A stretch of 64,000 nt of DNA, taken from Lingula anatina. Its lineage: Eukaryota; Animalia; Brachiopoda. This document shows, in pieces, positions 25,299 to 38,488 of this stretch. The position numbers and the translations under genes are program-made. The notes under the pieces are model-generated. The model saw nothing but the letters and a program-made list of their open reading frames with translations. It made no database searches and was not told where the DNA came from. The stretch lies in NCBI GenBank assembly GCA_051362555.1, contig CM120646.1, positions 21,638,001-21,702,000 on the forward strand, read 5' to 3'. Numbering within the stretch: the stretch's first letter is position 1; each line of letters opens with the position of its first letter.

Positions 25299-28200
25299 AC
25301 ATGATGTGCGCACCATTAAGGTCTCCATTTGTTGCCATAACCTACAGCCTTGACTTAAATTTATTGCATACCAATAGATGTCTCTTACATCGGGTTAACA
25401 TAGACATTAGTTAAACGGGCAAACAAAGCAGTTTAAGTTGGAAATTATTTACAATAACAGAACTTTCACAGCATCAAATACTCCAAATAAACAATATCTA
25501 TTTTAAATTTTAAGTCTTACACGCTTCCAGTACGTAGAAATAAAGGACTAAACATTGCATGTACATCCCACCATTGTAACGAACATTGCATGTCACGTGA
25601 CTAAGATGCTAGCATATTAATGAACGGGCTGAGTGAAGGCCGAGTGAGCAAGCGTACCACCTGACTGCCTTGATTTAACAAGTCAATGCAACCATGGACA
25701 AAATTACGAGTGTCCAAGATGCAACGGACGATGCGAAGAAAAAACTTATAAGCACATAACAGGGACAAAAAGAAGAATGCAGTACGACACTTGCACGAGT
25801 AAAAGTAATATTATTATAGAGAGGCCAATGACATGTCAACAGCGGTAAATAAGATGTTAAACGTTGCACTGAGACAACGTCCAATGATATACCATGGCCA
25901 CACTGGTTTGGAAGTACTGATAGTATTTGTAGTACATGTAAAAGGTACGTGCGCAGTGAATGAACCGTTTTCGAAGACAGCAGAGTGTAAAACTGAACGC
26001 GAAAAACGGACGAAAAAAGAAGTTGAAATCGTGTTTTGACGAAAAATATACACATCTAAGGATGATGATTATTTAAGTTGACCAATTTTAGACACCGTTC
26101 TTATATCATCTGAACAACTATAATAGCACTCTTCATTTCATCGGTTTGTATGCCCCTTCAATTGTCCGCCAAAAGGCGCCTTTAGAAAATTAACTCGTTT
26201 GACTTCGTGTCTAGGGGTGACATGTGTCTTAGGAAGAGGAAGGGGTGCTGAGGGGGTATAGACGAACCAGTTTGACTGGATATCACTGCATTTGCGATTT
26301 CTTTATGCATTATTAAACCAGCTCAATATTGTTTTATCAATATCATTTTTTATTTTCAATAACTGCGTATTTGGAGATTTTCTTCTCTTTGGATTTTTTT
26401 CCGGTGAACAATAATAATTTTGGTAAAATATCGAAAATTTATAGGGGGAAGTAAAAGTCATGTCAACGGAATCATGACTTGAATAGGAATACAATAGCCT
26501 TCCAAAGGTAAAGCTATGCCCTAAAGAATACAATCACACACATAGATTAACGTGAAGCTGCCACAAACTCGGATGGCGTTATCTATTCTTCGAGGAAATA
26601 ATTCAACCAGTTTGTTGAGACTGTGTCTCAAATTGCCCAACTTCGTTTAACATTCCGTTCCAACTTCAGAGGGGCAAATTAGCTTGTGGTTTAGGTCCTA
26701 TTCATCAATTATTGCGTCACAGACCACGTGACCTACAGGTAGATTTATTGTTTTCCCTTGCGGACAGGCAATCAATTTTAATGTTTCTCAAGCGCACAGA
26801 TCAGCTGTTTATTATTAGCATTATGATCACTCTTATGACAAATCATGAAAACTTTTAGTAATTAAGTTAACCGTCTCGTGTTTTCTTTAAGCTTGGTAAA
26901 TTTCATTAAGCTATTTCAAATATGAAGCTGGTCTGTACACGATTGTGATGGAACGAGTAAGAAAAAAACACCTTTCATCTTTTTGTCAACCGCTAAAATA
27001 TTAAACGGCAAAATAGGGGCGACACTCTTATAGTTCTAAGTCCAAAATGATAGAATATATATATGTCACAAGCCAGATCCCAGTCTAGCCCAGTTAGTAA
27101 TTGGTCTAGAATACGCCCCATTGTGACCCAGGTTTTAGGCTTAGATAGCATTTGATCTGTGTGCCGTTCGAATTTCTTTACGTTTTTTTTCTTTGTGTCT
27201 GTCTTGCTATCTTTTTATCTTTCTTTCGTTTTTTCTCCTACTTTCTTTCCATCTGTATATCTTTATTTATCTATTTCATTGACATTGAATTGTGGCATCA
27301 AACTGATGCATTAGCCCTGTGCGATAACTTTGTAACCAGTGGTGTGCAATTACTCATGAGTAACCCAAAGGCCAGGTCGAGAAAATTCTTTTTTAGGATT
27401 TTAAAACATTTATTCAAACAGATCCCATTCATGGTTTGTGCTGCTTCCATGTTCAAATTAAACATTACATTTTATGCTACCTCACAGTCAGCGTAAACCC
27501 TCTGAATAATACCTGGCCGGGATTGTGAAATGCAGTCTACGATTAATATAAGGGCTTAGGAGGCGCGATCTTAAAAATTGTCACAAATTTTCAATTTGAA
27601 ATATAATCGGCATTAGAAACTAACAAAGAACATAACTTTCAAAACACGTCAACTTTTATTTCCCACATTTTCTCTAAATTGACTATACATGCAATTAGCA
27701 ATATGAGAGATTCAGACTTGAGATTAAATATGGAATATGACAGCTTCAAAAGTATGCCCAGGTAAAACTGATCCTTAAAAAACTCAAATCTCATATAAGA
27801 TATTTGAATGGATAAGTATGTAGTCATAGGCAGCGACTAATTTGAGTAGTGCTCATTGGGCTGTTCACAGCTTGGCTTTGACGAAACATGGTTCTGTCCA
27901 AAAAATGTCCGTATTACAGCAACGGCTGAATAGAAACATTTGAAATTTTGCATGCAAGTGGCCGGTTTTATCTTGCGTAAGCTGAGTTTACAACATTGTT
28001 ATTGGGTACCATCTCGTGACACTAAAGGCTATTGAACAAAGGGACAGTTCGCTACGGGAGACAGATTGTTAACATAAGTACTCAAAAGGGGCGTTTCAAC
28101 CCATTAGACTGGAGGATTAGGCCAGTCACCATATTCCGCTTACAATCGTTTTACTACCCTGTAATTATCACACTCGTCTATTGTATTTTAGCGCTAAATT

Positions 28201-28628
28201 CAAAGTGTAATCTTAATCCTCAAATGGTACACGGACAATATGTACACTTGATTATTACCAAGACGGTAAAGATCTTAATTATGCTTATCTAGGGTTTTCT
28301 GGCAAAAATGTGATGGTTTACCGGTCAGGAAATCAAATTCATTAGTCTATGCAACACACACAAAAAAAATGCTCTCAAATACATGTATATATTTATGTAC
28401 ATTTTCTAAAGCATGTCAATACAGTCTTTACCAATACATTAACACGGTTATTTAACTAAAACTAAATATAATGATATCCAGGGCAGTGCGGTCGTACATT
28501 TTGCACTAAAAGGTATCAGAACGTCATTTCTCTCTCCATCTCTCATAACTGATTCGTATGCAGGCCTACCTATGAATGTTCAAATTTACTTCCAATTTTG
28601 TACGTTTTCCAATCAAGAAAACACCATT

Positions 28629-31600
28629 TTAGCAGCTCTCTTGGTTTTGAGACTCTAAGAGTGGACCCACTTTATTAAAAGCTGTTTCATAGTTAACAAG
28701 TAGATCCACATATGACATGCATGTCTCTGAATCGCTACACGAGCCGGCAAGTACTAACAATAACAACATGATACAAGTAAGTACAAAAGCACCTCCAACT
28801 ACCATGATCATAATGTAACTGTCTTTGGGGTGATTAAGGGGAAACAATATTTTAAATAACTCCACGCCCATTAAAATAAAACTTAAAACGAAAAAAAAGT
28901 ATGCTAATGCTTTTGTGTAAGAAGGAGAGGAGGAATCCTTGCAGCACCAACACCAACAGCAGGACCCACAGCATGTCAGAAAGAAATCCCCAGTGACGCA
29001 ACTAAAAGCCACTGCCAACACAACAGCAACTGTATACTGAAACTGCCAGGGGAAGTCCCCCTGCGGCAACAGGTGGAAATACAAAAGAAGTATATTTGTC
29101 ATTTGAACATGAATCCCTGCGAAAATTCCAGCAAATAAATACCATAAAACGCAGCATTTGCCAGGTGTATCGCCTTTATCATTTACGCAACATAATAAGT
29201 AACATGAAGATGTGCTAAAAAAGTATGGCTTTGCTAAAGTCATCATTTCAAAAAGCGTAGACAGCGACGATATTCCGAGACTTAACCACAAATCTGCTGC
29301 CGTTCTTTCTTGTTGGTTGTCTGAAAGGAGCTTCAAGGGACTAACAAGGCGTAGAGGCTCTAAGTCCGAGCAAGTTGGATCCTTGGAACACAACCAACAG
29401 CTGAAATAGAAAATTGCTAGACGTGAATTGAAATAATGAAATTGACACGCTAATCAAAGCGAAAACACGCTAATTAAAGAGAAAAACTGATACTTAATAT
29501 GTTTTCCATAACTCTTGTGGCAAAATGGGTAACAAAAAAGCCATTAATCTATGTTTAAGCGTTTTTTTAATTCCTCCATAACTTGGAGCCCCGATTTCTG
29601 ATTCTCGTCAGGAGTTGATTTTAATCAATTAAAATTATAGCATTTTTGTCGACATTGCATTCATCTATTGGTTTAGCCTATTATTATAATTTTGTCTTAA
29701 AAATCCAGAGCTTAAAATTGCTGACTTTTGTCCATATTATTTCTCAGTCGGTCATCACTGCTTCATTACAGTTTGCCTTCTGAGGGCAGTCGTGTTGTTT
29801 ACCATTTACGTCATTTTAATAGATGAGCTTCTATTTGAGTCTTGCGGGCGTAATGACATTTTACTATTTCCCTACTTTTCCCTGGCTTTCCATTGTGGGG
29901 TCTTCCTTGCCTAGTGCGCTTGGGCTCATACATATGTACATGTAGCCAAAATTATGGCTTCTTTGCAACCCTCATACGAAATTTGTGCAAAATTGTCCGT
30001 AAATAATAACTTTTGGTGACTCGTAAATTTAGGGATGATGAGTCTTATTGAATTATATATATATATATTATTATCCCTAATGCCATAAGATTTAATACAG
30101 ACTATATGTGTTACATTGTTAAAATAATTAGACAAGTTGGATTATACATGTATAATGAAAGTGGCATTGTTTGGCCAAATCTGGAACAACTGTTATTCTT
30201 TGTTGCCTTCTTTTTTGTTGTGATTCGGACAAAGAAAATCCGTGGTACACTAGGATGTAGGAAATACATATCCCTTAATCCCAGATACGCTTAATAGGAA
30301 GTAATTTATGTACATTAGGTGTGTTTTAAATCTTACACTTAAAGCGCAGCTCATTTCATAAATGTACAGGTGATAAGTAACATATACACATATGGGAACC
30401 AAGCATATCAACTGTCTGAGTGACATAAGCATAGGTATATGTTTTCTTGTTGAGGGTTTGTTCAAAACCATATTCACCAAGGAGCTGACTTAAACGAATT
30501 GCAATCAACATTAACGCTGGTTACAAGTAGCAACTGTTAGATAAAATGCTAGCATGTGATACTAAATATTCCAATGGTTATGAATAAAAAGACAATAAAA
30601 ATGCGTACAGGCATCGCTTTTCAAATGTAATCTAGGCTTGAGGGTTTTCTAACATTTGCTATGTGTACATTGCACTTGAAGTAGAACAACCCAAGTAAAA
30701 AAAAGCCTTTTTCGGTGGCGTGGTACTTGTAAGTACTTAAAATAGGGACAATATTATTGTGGTTGCCATAGACCTCATTCAGAACAGTGGACTAACAATT
30801 AAGTCCGAAGGTCAAATATGGCCAACCCACTTGAATACTTCCCCACGGGGAATCTATTCAGCGTCTATTAGCGGATTAGACGGCAAGCTTTGTAGTGGGT
30901 CGACATGTTTGGACTCAGACTAGTTAGTCCACTGTTCTGAATGTGGCCATCATAGTGGATCATATCTGTGATGTCTGTATTGTATTTTCTCTGACAAACC
31001 TGCGACCTAGACCTAAACCCCCTTCCACTCTTCAGTGTACCCCCAGTGCAACCCCCCCCCAGTACTCACTAAACCCCCTCCCTCTCTTCAGTGTACCCCA
31101 GTACTCACTCAATGCCGCTTGAACCTCCTTTCACCCACTGCAGTTCTATGGCTATTGTATTCATGGGGATATCGTAGGCCAATGCTAGGTAGATCTGGAA
31201 TTTGCCCAATGCTTTCCACATATTACCTATACCTTTATTTTTCTTAAATTTGCAGGCTATTAACAACCACATCGTCATGTAGACCAATAGTATAAACCCT
31301 GCGATGCCGATATAAATCTTATATGTTGTGAGCAGGGTGTCGAGAAGATCTACTTTCTCGGATATATCGTAATCAATGTCAAATATACAATATGTCCGAT
31401 TATTTGTCGTATTCCAAGTAGTGTTCCAAGTAGTGTTCTGGCCTGTATTCCAGATATCAGTTTCAAAACTTGTATTTCAGTTTGCTTGCCAGTCATCAGT
31501 GTCAGAACTGTTACTGTCTGTTGACATATATGCATTTACAGTATTTAATTCGTCCATAGTTTCAATCAAGATCAGAATATTGAACACCAAATCGGCTATC

Positions 31601-31716
31601 TTCACCCCCACGACCACAATAAACACGATAGTCCGACAGGAATCCAAGCAACACTCGGAGACGCATCCTATGCAACAACAAGCAACTGGAGCAATTGCTA
31701 ACAGGTCATCGGACAT
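28629..31716 (-). pseudogene. Multi-pass membrane protein paralog C with a single in-frame TGA (null allele, young pseudogene or base error)
   Basis: Exons 31716-31109 and 29400-28629 total 1380 nt in frame. The only lesion seen is TGA at 31479-31477 in AAC-TGA-AAT-ACA, where neighbouring repeat units read TGG-AAT/AAC (WNT). Confidence 0.8.
30771..30948. mobile_element. MITE in the paralog C intron
   Basis: About 26-bp TIRs: gacctcattcagaacagtggactaac / gttagtccactgttctgaatgtggcc. Confidence 0.8.
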
Positions 31717-32331
31717 ACTGTAGTTACATATACCCCTGTAGCTTAATTCAGTGGCTCATCAAAAACGAAACTACGGCTCAAACTTGTGCAAATCTATACT
31801 GCCTTGATCCTCAAGTAATATAAAATGACTGAAAGCGCCTCCCATACCGTTACTGCTATTTTAATATGAAGGTAACAAAGGCATTACGGCTTTTCTTCTT
31901 TACAAACGACAGCGCGCAGCCTACACAAAAAGGTGTTTGTTTGCCGTCACCGAGGTTGAATGTTTCACTGAAAAGCTGCGTAGACAAATCTGTGATGTCC
32001 TTTGACACTACTGAGGTTATTGAAAGAAAATAGCCTATTGAACAAAAAGATCATTCATGGCACGTATAAGTTGACATAAAACAGCACACAAAATCTATAA
32101 GGCAGTCTGTATAAAGCATTTCTTTCATCTTAGTTTTGTTTTCTGATTTCCTTAGCAACGCCAGTTAATCCTAATCTTAATATCACCATAGACCTGATCA
32201 TCGTTGTTAATCCCTGTTGAAAATAAAGGTTACCATATGCATACATAAGGCCATCATGTTGATTTAGATATCCTAAACCCATCATAAATACAAAAGAAAA
32301 TTAAAGTCGGTTAATTTAAACATGAAACTAA

Positions 32332-32617
32332 GACTGTGTTCCTATAACCCTTATCGCGCTAGCAAGATCGATCTATCTCAGCGGGGATTCTCGCTAAAGC
32401 GGATTAAATGTAATCTGTTTAATTTTCAGGCACGCCCACGCAAAGCAACATGAACGACATCATGAAACACAAAGTTTTCCCGACTTACCCAAGTACTTTA
32501 AGTTTCAAGTGGTGTGCCAGACGTTTAAGGCGTTTAAACAGAATGCAATTTAGCGAGAAACCCCGAGTAATAAGATCGTTCCAGCTAGCGCGATAGAGTT
32601 ATTACGGGAACGCCCCC
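32332..32617. mobile_element. MITE distantly related to family 1, followed by a second partial copy (about 32621-32790)
   Basis: gactgtgttcctataac..atcgcgctagc ... gctagcgcgatagagttattacgggaacgccccc inverted ends with TAA/TTA flanks; ctagca.gatcgatctatctcagcggggat recurs near 32650. Confidence 0.6.
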
Positions 32618-33909
32618 TTAGGCTGTCTTCAGAATAGAAGTTATAGTACTAGCAGGATCGATCTATCTCAGCGGGGATGCTGGCTAAGGCGCAGTCAATG
32701 TATAATCAGTTTTATTGTCTGGCCCACCTTCCCTTAACTTTAAAGTATTCGGGTAAAGCCGAAAAACTGCATGTAGTCCATGGTCTTGCTAAGAATTAAA
32801 AAGTTTAAAATACAGAGCAATGTTTAGAAACACAAAATCGTTTGTTATAATAAATCCATTCCCTTTCACTTGAAAGCACCCTACTGTAATCCAACGCATA
32901 GGGATATTTTAAAAGACCTTTAAAGATGATAATCCATTGTTGTTGCCCAGTATCGTGGACGTGCAGATATCCAAGAAGTTATAATGAGAAGGAGTAGAAA
33001 CAAGGGGTTTCCTTTCATCCTATCCTCGTAACGGGCTTAATCCTAATAATTACCCAGCTTGTGGTCTTAGGGAAAGCTTGTGCCTAATACATATTCAAAA
33101 GACCATTCACGTGGGTTGCTTCAGCCAATTGGGATAAAGCCTCGCGAAGTCTCTAATAATCTCACAGAGAAAACATGGTGGGATTACAGAAAGGTGTAGA
33201 GAGAGATTTCAAGCCTGGATGCAACCATTTCGGGAAATAAAACTCAAATTATGCAAGATACACCTTCATTTGATCTAGAGCCGATCAGTTATACAAAATT
33301 TAGTTTCACATCAAGAATGTATGAGAACAATTTCACAAACCCACCTTCAACGCTAAAATTTGCACCTGTAGAAGTCTCATATTTATTTTAAATTATTTTT
33401 GTCGTGTAAAGGCGTGTAAAGGAAATTTACCTTCATCTAGGAATGACACATTCAATTCACAGCCGTGTACACAAAACAGTAGTACTTGCAATTTCCGTAT
33501 GCCAGCCTCGTTTCTTTCTTTTTTGGCACATTATTGCTTATATACCAGGTAAAGCTTAAACAGGAAAATTGGGGAAATGTAAATAAGTTATTGCACTTAG
33601 TATGATTCTAAATGAAATTTCATCAATACATATTTTTGTTTATATCTTTGTCTATTACATGAGGCCAACAAATAGTAGACTGATAGTTTAAATTAATTAG
33701 AAGAAAAAAACAAAGAAATATTTTTATTGATTGATATTGCTTTATTTCAACATTCGAGCAACTTGTATATTATCTAAAACAAAGTACCAGCAATGAAAAT
33801 ATATCAATATTGTTACACCCAACAGTGATTAAAGCAATACAAAAATGGTTAGTTTTTATTTTGATGTGGTGATTATTTTATTTTATACTTTAGACAATTA
33901 GCCAGTGAA

Positions 33910-33987
33910 CACTAAATTCCCTTTTAAAACTTGGACCACTAAATTCCCTTTTAAAACTTGGACCACTAAATTCCCTTTTAAAACTTG
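33910..33987. repeat. 27-bp tandem repeat x3 inside the TIR element
   Basis: cactaaattcccttttaaaacttg(gac) occurs three times in tandem. Confidence 0.9.
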
Positions 33988-34272
33988 CACCTCTTGTGCA
34001 CTATAGTTTAATATTAGTGGTGGTAAGAAAACAGAGCCTTGTGCCTCATCAAGTTGCTGCTGGAAACAATCATTTTGACTGTTCAATTATGGCTACATGT
34101 ACATCTGCCAGCAAAACTAAAGATCTTTCACCTGCATTCTCTTCAACCTGAAATGAGTAAGTGCGGAATTCATTATAAAATATAACTCTATATCCTAAAC
34201 GAAACTCTGCAAACATCATATTGCAATGAAAAATTGAAAAAAATTCCGAGAGTTCCCTGTCATCAAATTTTG

Positions 34273-34848
34273 GACCCACCATTTTGAAAAAGTCCCATGA
34301 AAAGTTGTTTATTTGAAATGATGTTTTTCATCTAAAGGATTGATTCATTTTATATCACAATGTTATATTGTAATGGTGCACGTGCTTAACTAACCAGAAA
34401 AACATAAATTATGTGCTTACACCACGTTAAAATTAGCAAAAATTGTCCCAAACTGTCACCCAACTGTCTCTAACCAATTTAGGGACCCGCCATTTTGAAA
34501 AAATAGGATGAAAAGTTGTCTATTTGAAACGATGTTTTTCATCTAAAGGATTGACTCATTTAATACTAAAGGGATGTATTGTAATGATGCACGTGCTTAA
34601 CTAACCAGAAAAACATAAATTATCTGCATACACCACGTTTAAATTACCAAAAATTGTCCCAAACTGTCACCCAACTGTCTCTAACCAATTTAGGGACCCG
34701 CCATTTTGAAAAAATAGGATGAAAAGTTGTCTATTTGAAACGATGTTTTTCATCTAAAGGATTGACTCATTTAATACTAAAGGGATGTATTGTAATGATG
34801 CACGTGCTTAACTAACCAGAAAAACATAAATTATGTGCATACATCACG
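34273..34848. repeat. 211-bp tandem repeat x~2.7 inside the TIR element
   Basis: cattttgaaaaa starts at 34280, 34491 and 34702; units 2 and 3 are nearly identical. Confidence 0.9.
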
Positions 34849-37800
34849 CACTTAAGAAGAAAAAAGTCCTAAACATGGAGGTCCCGCTGAATCGGCCTCA
34901 GATCTTCGAACTAACGCTGCTTTCTGCACTGACAAATTTGACTGACAGCCACCGTATGAACATAAAACAATGCTCAAAGCAGATTATCAACTCTCACTCA
35001 CCTTTATATCGCTCGACTTGGCGTTTTTCTAAGTATAACTTCCAAATATTCGCATTAAACATGAATAAATCAAGACGTATACGCACTGGTTCAGCTTCTC
35101 CGTCTTGAGTCACGCGGAGGCGAGCGGAGGATTAGACCAGTTACGAGGATCGAATTTCAAAGGACGCCGCTTTGAAAAGAATGCTGCGATCTGATTGGAC
35201 GAGAGAGATAATTGATGTCCCGTTTCTACTCCTTCTCATTATAACTTCTTGAGATATCCAAGAATATTAATAGGTCATGCAGATGACGGTACGGAGTTAA
35301 TATTAATGCATAATTTTCTTTTATAAACAAATTAAAGAGAACTTGAGTTCGGCCAAAGGGAGAGCAAGGATTTTTCAAATAATTTGAGCGCTTAGACCTA
35401 AATATGAGGATGGGCCAGCAGACACCATTCAGTACAGCGTGGTTGATGAATAAAGTACATACTATTCATTAACTATTTTAATGAAAATTAAGATCCAACA
35501 ACGCGCTGACGCCGTTATACAAAGGAGTTTGGGACCTATATTAGGATATCTCTTACTTAAAAACATATTAGAAATAGTTCAGATATTGGGTTTGCTAGGA
35601 TGTAACATAGCTTACATGTACTGGCAATTTTTCATTCAGAAAGTCTTAAAAACAGCTTATACACTACTGAATACCTGGACAAAAAAGCCACACTGGGTTT
35701 TATAAGACTCTATATACAACCAACACAACAACCCCAGCTTATTTACTCCAATGAAAATGGTGTTTTTGTACCAATGTGTTCACTATACATATTGTGAACT
35801 ATCAAAAACTAAACTACTGTTAGGTTTTACCGTTTCGCCAACCAAGACAGATGTTCAGAATATTCATTCTTTGCTTATACTTCCAAAGCCTGACACCCAA
35901 TGTATGAAAATTTCCTTGAGTAGAATATAGAGATGTTACAGTAAAAAATAATATTAAAAATAAACTTTATTTAAAGATGATAAGTGGGTAAAACATGTTA
36001 AGTGCACACACTAATCTTACACATGGACCTCATCTTTAAGATGTTGGTGATTATGCAATTGCGTTGGAAACAATAGGAGGTGTGCTTGCCTGTTAATTTG
36101 ATTGGTCTCAGCGAGAGTCCCCGTGGAGTTAGTGCTCACAAGCTAAATCGACATAACTCATTCTGAGCGGCATCAAAGAGGTATGAGGAATACAAGGGGA
36201 CTGCGGTAGCCTCTAGTGCCACAGGTTGATTTTTCCATAGATATTCACAGATAATATATCTGGCTAAATATGGTCAATCTTCTAACTGTGACCCTGTGCT
36301 GACGTCGATGGTAATCGTTTGCATAACTGCTCAGGAATTGTCACTTAATTATGCATTGTTAATTAAGCCCCCCTGACAACAAACAAGGCAGTTTATTGAT
36401 CTGAATTTAATCACTTGCTCTTTTGTGACAGATAAAAATAGCCCCTTTTGTATTACTTGTAATTTCAGATTAAAGCTAACTTAGGAATCACCTGTAGTAA
36501 CTACCTAAAGAGCGGGTACTAATGCCATCTGCGCGCAAAATCCCAGGGTAGCGATAGAGAAGGGTACCCATATTTTTTGCGGGCCTGGTAGAGGGTAGGA
36601 CTACAGTCGGATTGGAACTAAAGGTTTGGAAGACACAGCTGCCGCAAAGTCTGTTTTGGGTTTAAAATGACCTCATCTGATTCATCTCAAAATATAATGG
36701 AGTGGTAACTTTTGAGCAATTGATGAAATGAAACGGATCTACCTTCGGTTATTGAGTAAATAAGCCTATTGGATGGGGAAAGGTGATCTTAAAACGTATC
36801 GTATCCCGGATTTCGAATGTTTCCTTGCTAAATTCTTACTCTCGCATATTTTTATGGCCCACGTGACGAAAATACTCGGGAAGTTTTTTTTTAGTTGTAT
36901 CATAAAGAAATACCAATCTTTTGTCATTCAGAATAAACTCTGAAACACAAGGAGAAAGGTATGGTAAATCTCGTGATAAAATAGGCAAATATATTTTTAA
37001 AAAAAGATCAGGAATGATCATGTTGATATTTAAAAGAGTGGTGTAATATTCCTAGGTTTTCGAGTCGACCTCTTGTCGGTCTCGTATATATATCGTAATG
37101 AGTAAAAGCAAATCAAATGAAAGAAGAATCTTTGAAATATAATACCTTAAGGATATTGTCACCCTTTGCCCAAAACTCCTTATTTACTGCCATACACACC
37201 TTCTTTCGGGTAATAAATATATCTTCAGTGTTCAGAGACTAAATTAATAAACAGTTACACATGTCATCTTACGGGTGGCGTCATAATAGCGATTTTGGGG
37301 CAAAAACTGAAAAATCGGTTTCTCAAATTTCTCTTTTACCTGAGGACCCACGATCACCGTTTTAACGCTTATTTAATGACACCATTTATTACTCCAAAAC
37401 CCCGCCAGCGAATTTTCTTCAAAGTCTTACTTAAGATTTTCTCGTTGATAAAGAAAAATAATGCATTGGGTAATGAAAATTGTAATTAGGGGCTCATAAT
37501 TCGATAACACGTACATGTACATTTAAACCAAAATGACGGCACGGGATTGTAACCTTTACTCCCCTGGTCAACTTTGACAATTTTCGTTCAGGGATGAGTT
37601 ACGCCCCATACCGTTTGCTCCCTCACCTCAAAATAGGTGTTAAATTGACAAAAAAGAAAAGTTTTTACCAAGTCTGATCATCTTCATTATTATTAATTTA
37701 CTTGCACACGGTTGAGGGCCAGCAATTTCATGTGCCTGGAAACTATAACATACTACATGTAAGGTGCCTAAGGTCAAGGTCACATTAGGGAAAGGCCCTC

Positions 37801-37893
37801 TTCTCCGTCTCTTGCCATGATAAGAAAAGCATCAGTTAAGTTCAAATCTTAAAAATCACATTATTGATTAAAGTTATATGCCACTTTAATGCC

Positions 37894-37898
<5 letters not shown>

Positions 37899-37928
<30 letters not shown>
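37899..37928. repeat. (TA)n microsatellite
   Basis: About 15 TA units. Confidence 0.9.
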
Positions 37929-37930
<2 letters not shown>

Positions 37931-38488
37931 AATAAATTAGATTATTTGCATCAATTGGTAGCTATAGAAAACCATTTATCGTTCAAATAACAACAATGCA
38001 ACCAATGTCTACATTTTTAAAATCATAATGAGCCACAGCATCATTTAGTGCACAGGGAAACGTTTTTCCTCACACTGGTTAATCATTGTCACCCAATGTA
38101 TCAAACATACGAAATAGGCAGCAAACATGTTTTATCTAAAACCGAATTAATAAGCAAAATACTTTTTGTTTTTTTAAATACATGTACATGCACTTGTACA
38201 GTATCTGTTTGGAACAGTCTATTCACTGTGTAAAACTTCATGTACGCAATTTATCTTTTCTTCGTACTGTATGTATGGGTATACACGTTTTCATGTTTAG
38301 TCCTCTCGTTTACAAATTAAGTATAGAAATCTACTCGTAATCAGTCATTGAATATCATTATGCTACTGGTCGCGTCACGTCCTGTCTCCGACCACATTAA
38401 CAGTGCCTGGTGCTTTCCTTGTGTTTGAACTTCTCGCTTCATTCCATGCGTCCGTTGTTACATCTGTTTAATACCGACATTAGTTTAA

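Larger units (their letters stand above)
32972..35251. mobile_element. 2.3 kb non-autonomous TIR DNA transposon (CA-start TIR, 7-bp target duplication; P/Galileo-like)
   Basis: Perfect 30-bp TIR caagaagttataatgagaaggagtagaaac / gtttctactccttctcattataacttcttg; AGATATC on both flanks (32965-32971, 35252-35258); no intact transposase ORF inside. Confidence 0.8.

Noticed and set aside
31016-31109. Duplicated splice donor 39 nt into the paralog C intron as an alternative isoform
   Set aside because: Using the second donor would retain the in-frame TGA formed at the first donor, so it gives no productive isoform.
31477-31479. Selenocysteine or TGA=Trp recoding in paralog C
   Set aside because: The repeat context predicts Trp rather than Cys, no SECIS could be identified by eye, and TGA acts as the normal stop in paralogs B and E and in the last gene.
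33060-34282. Transposase remnants inside the 2.3 kb TIR element
   Set aside because: Only short stop-interrupted frames were seen, with no DDE or THAP motif I could support.
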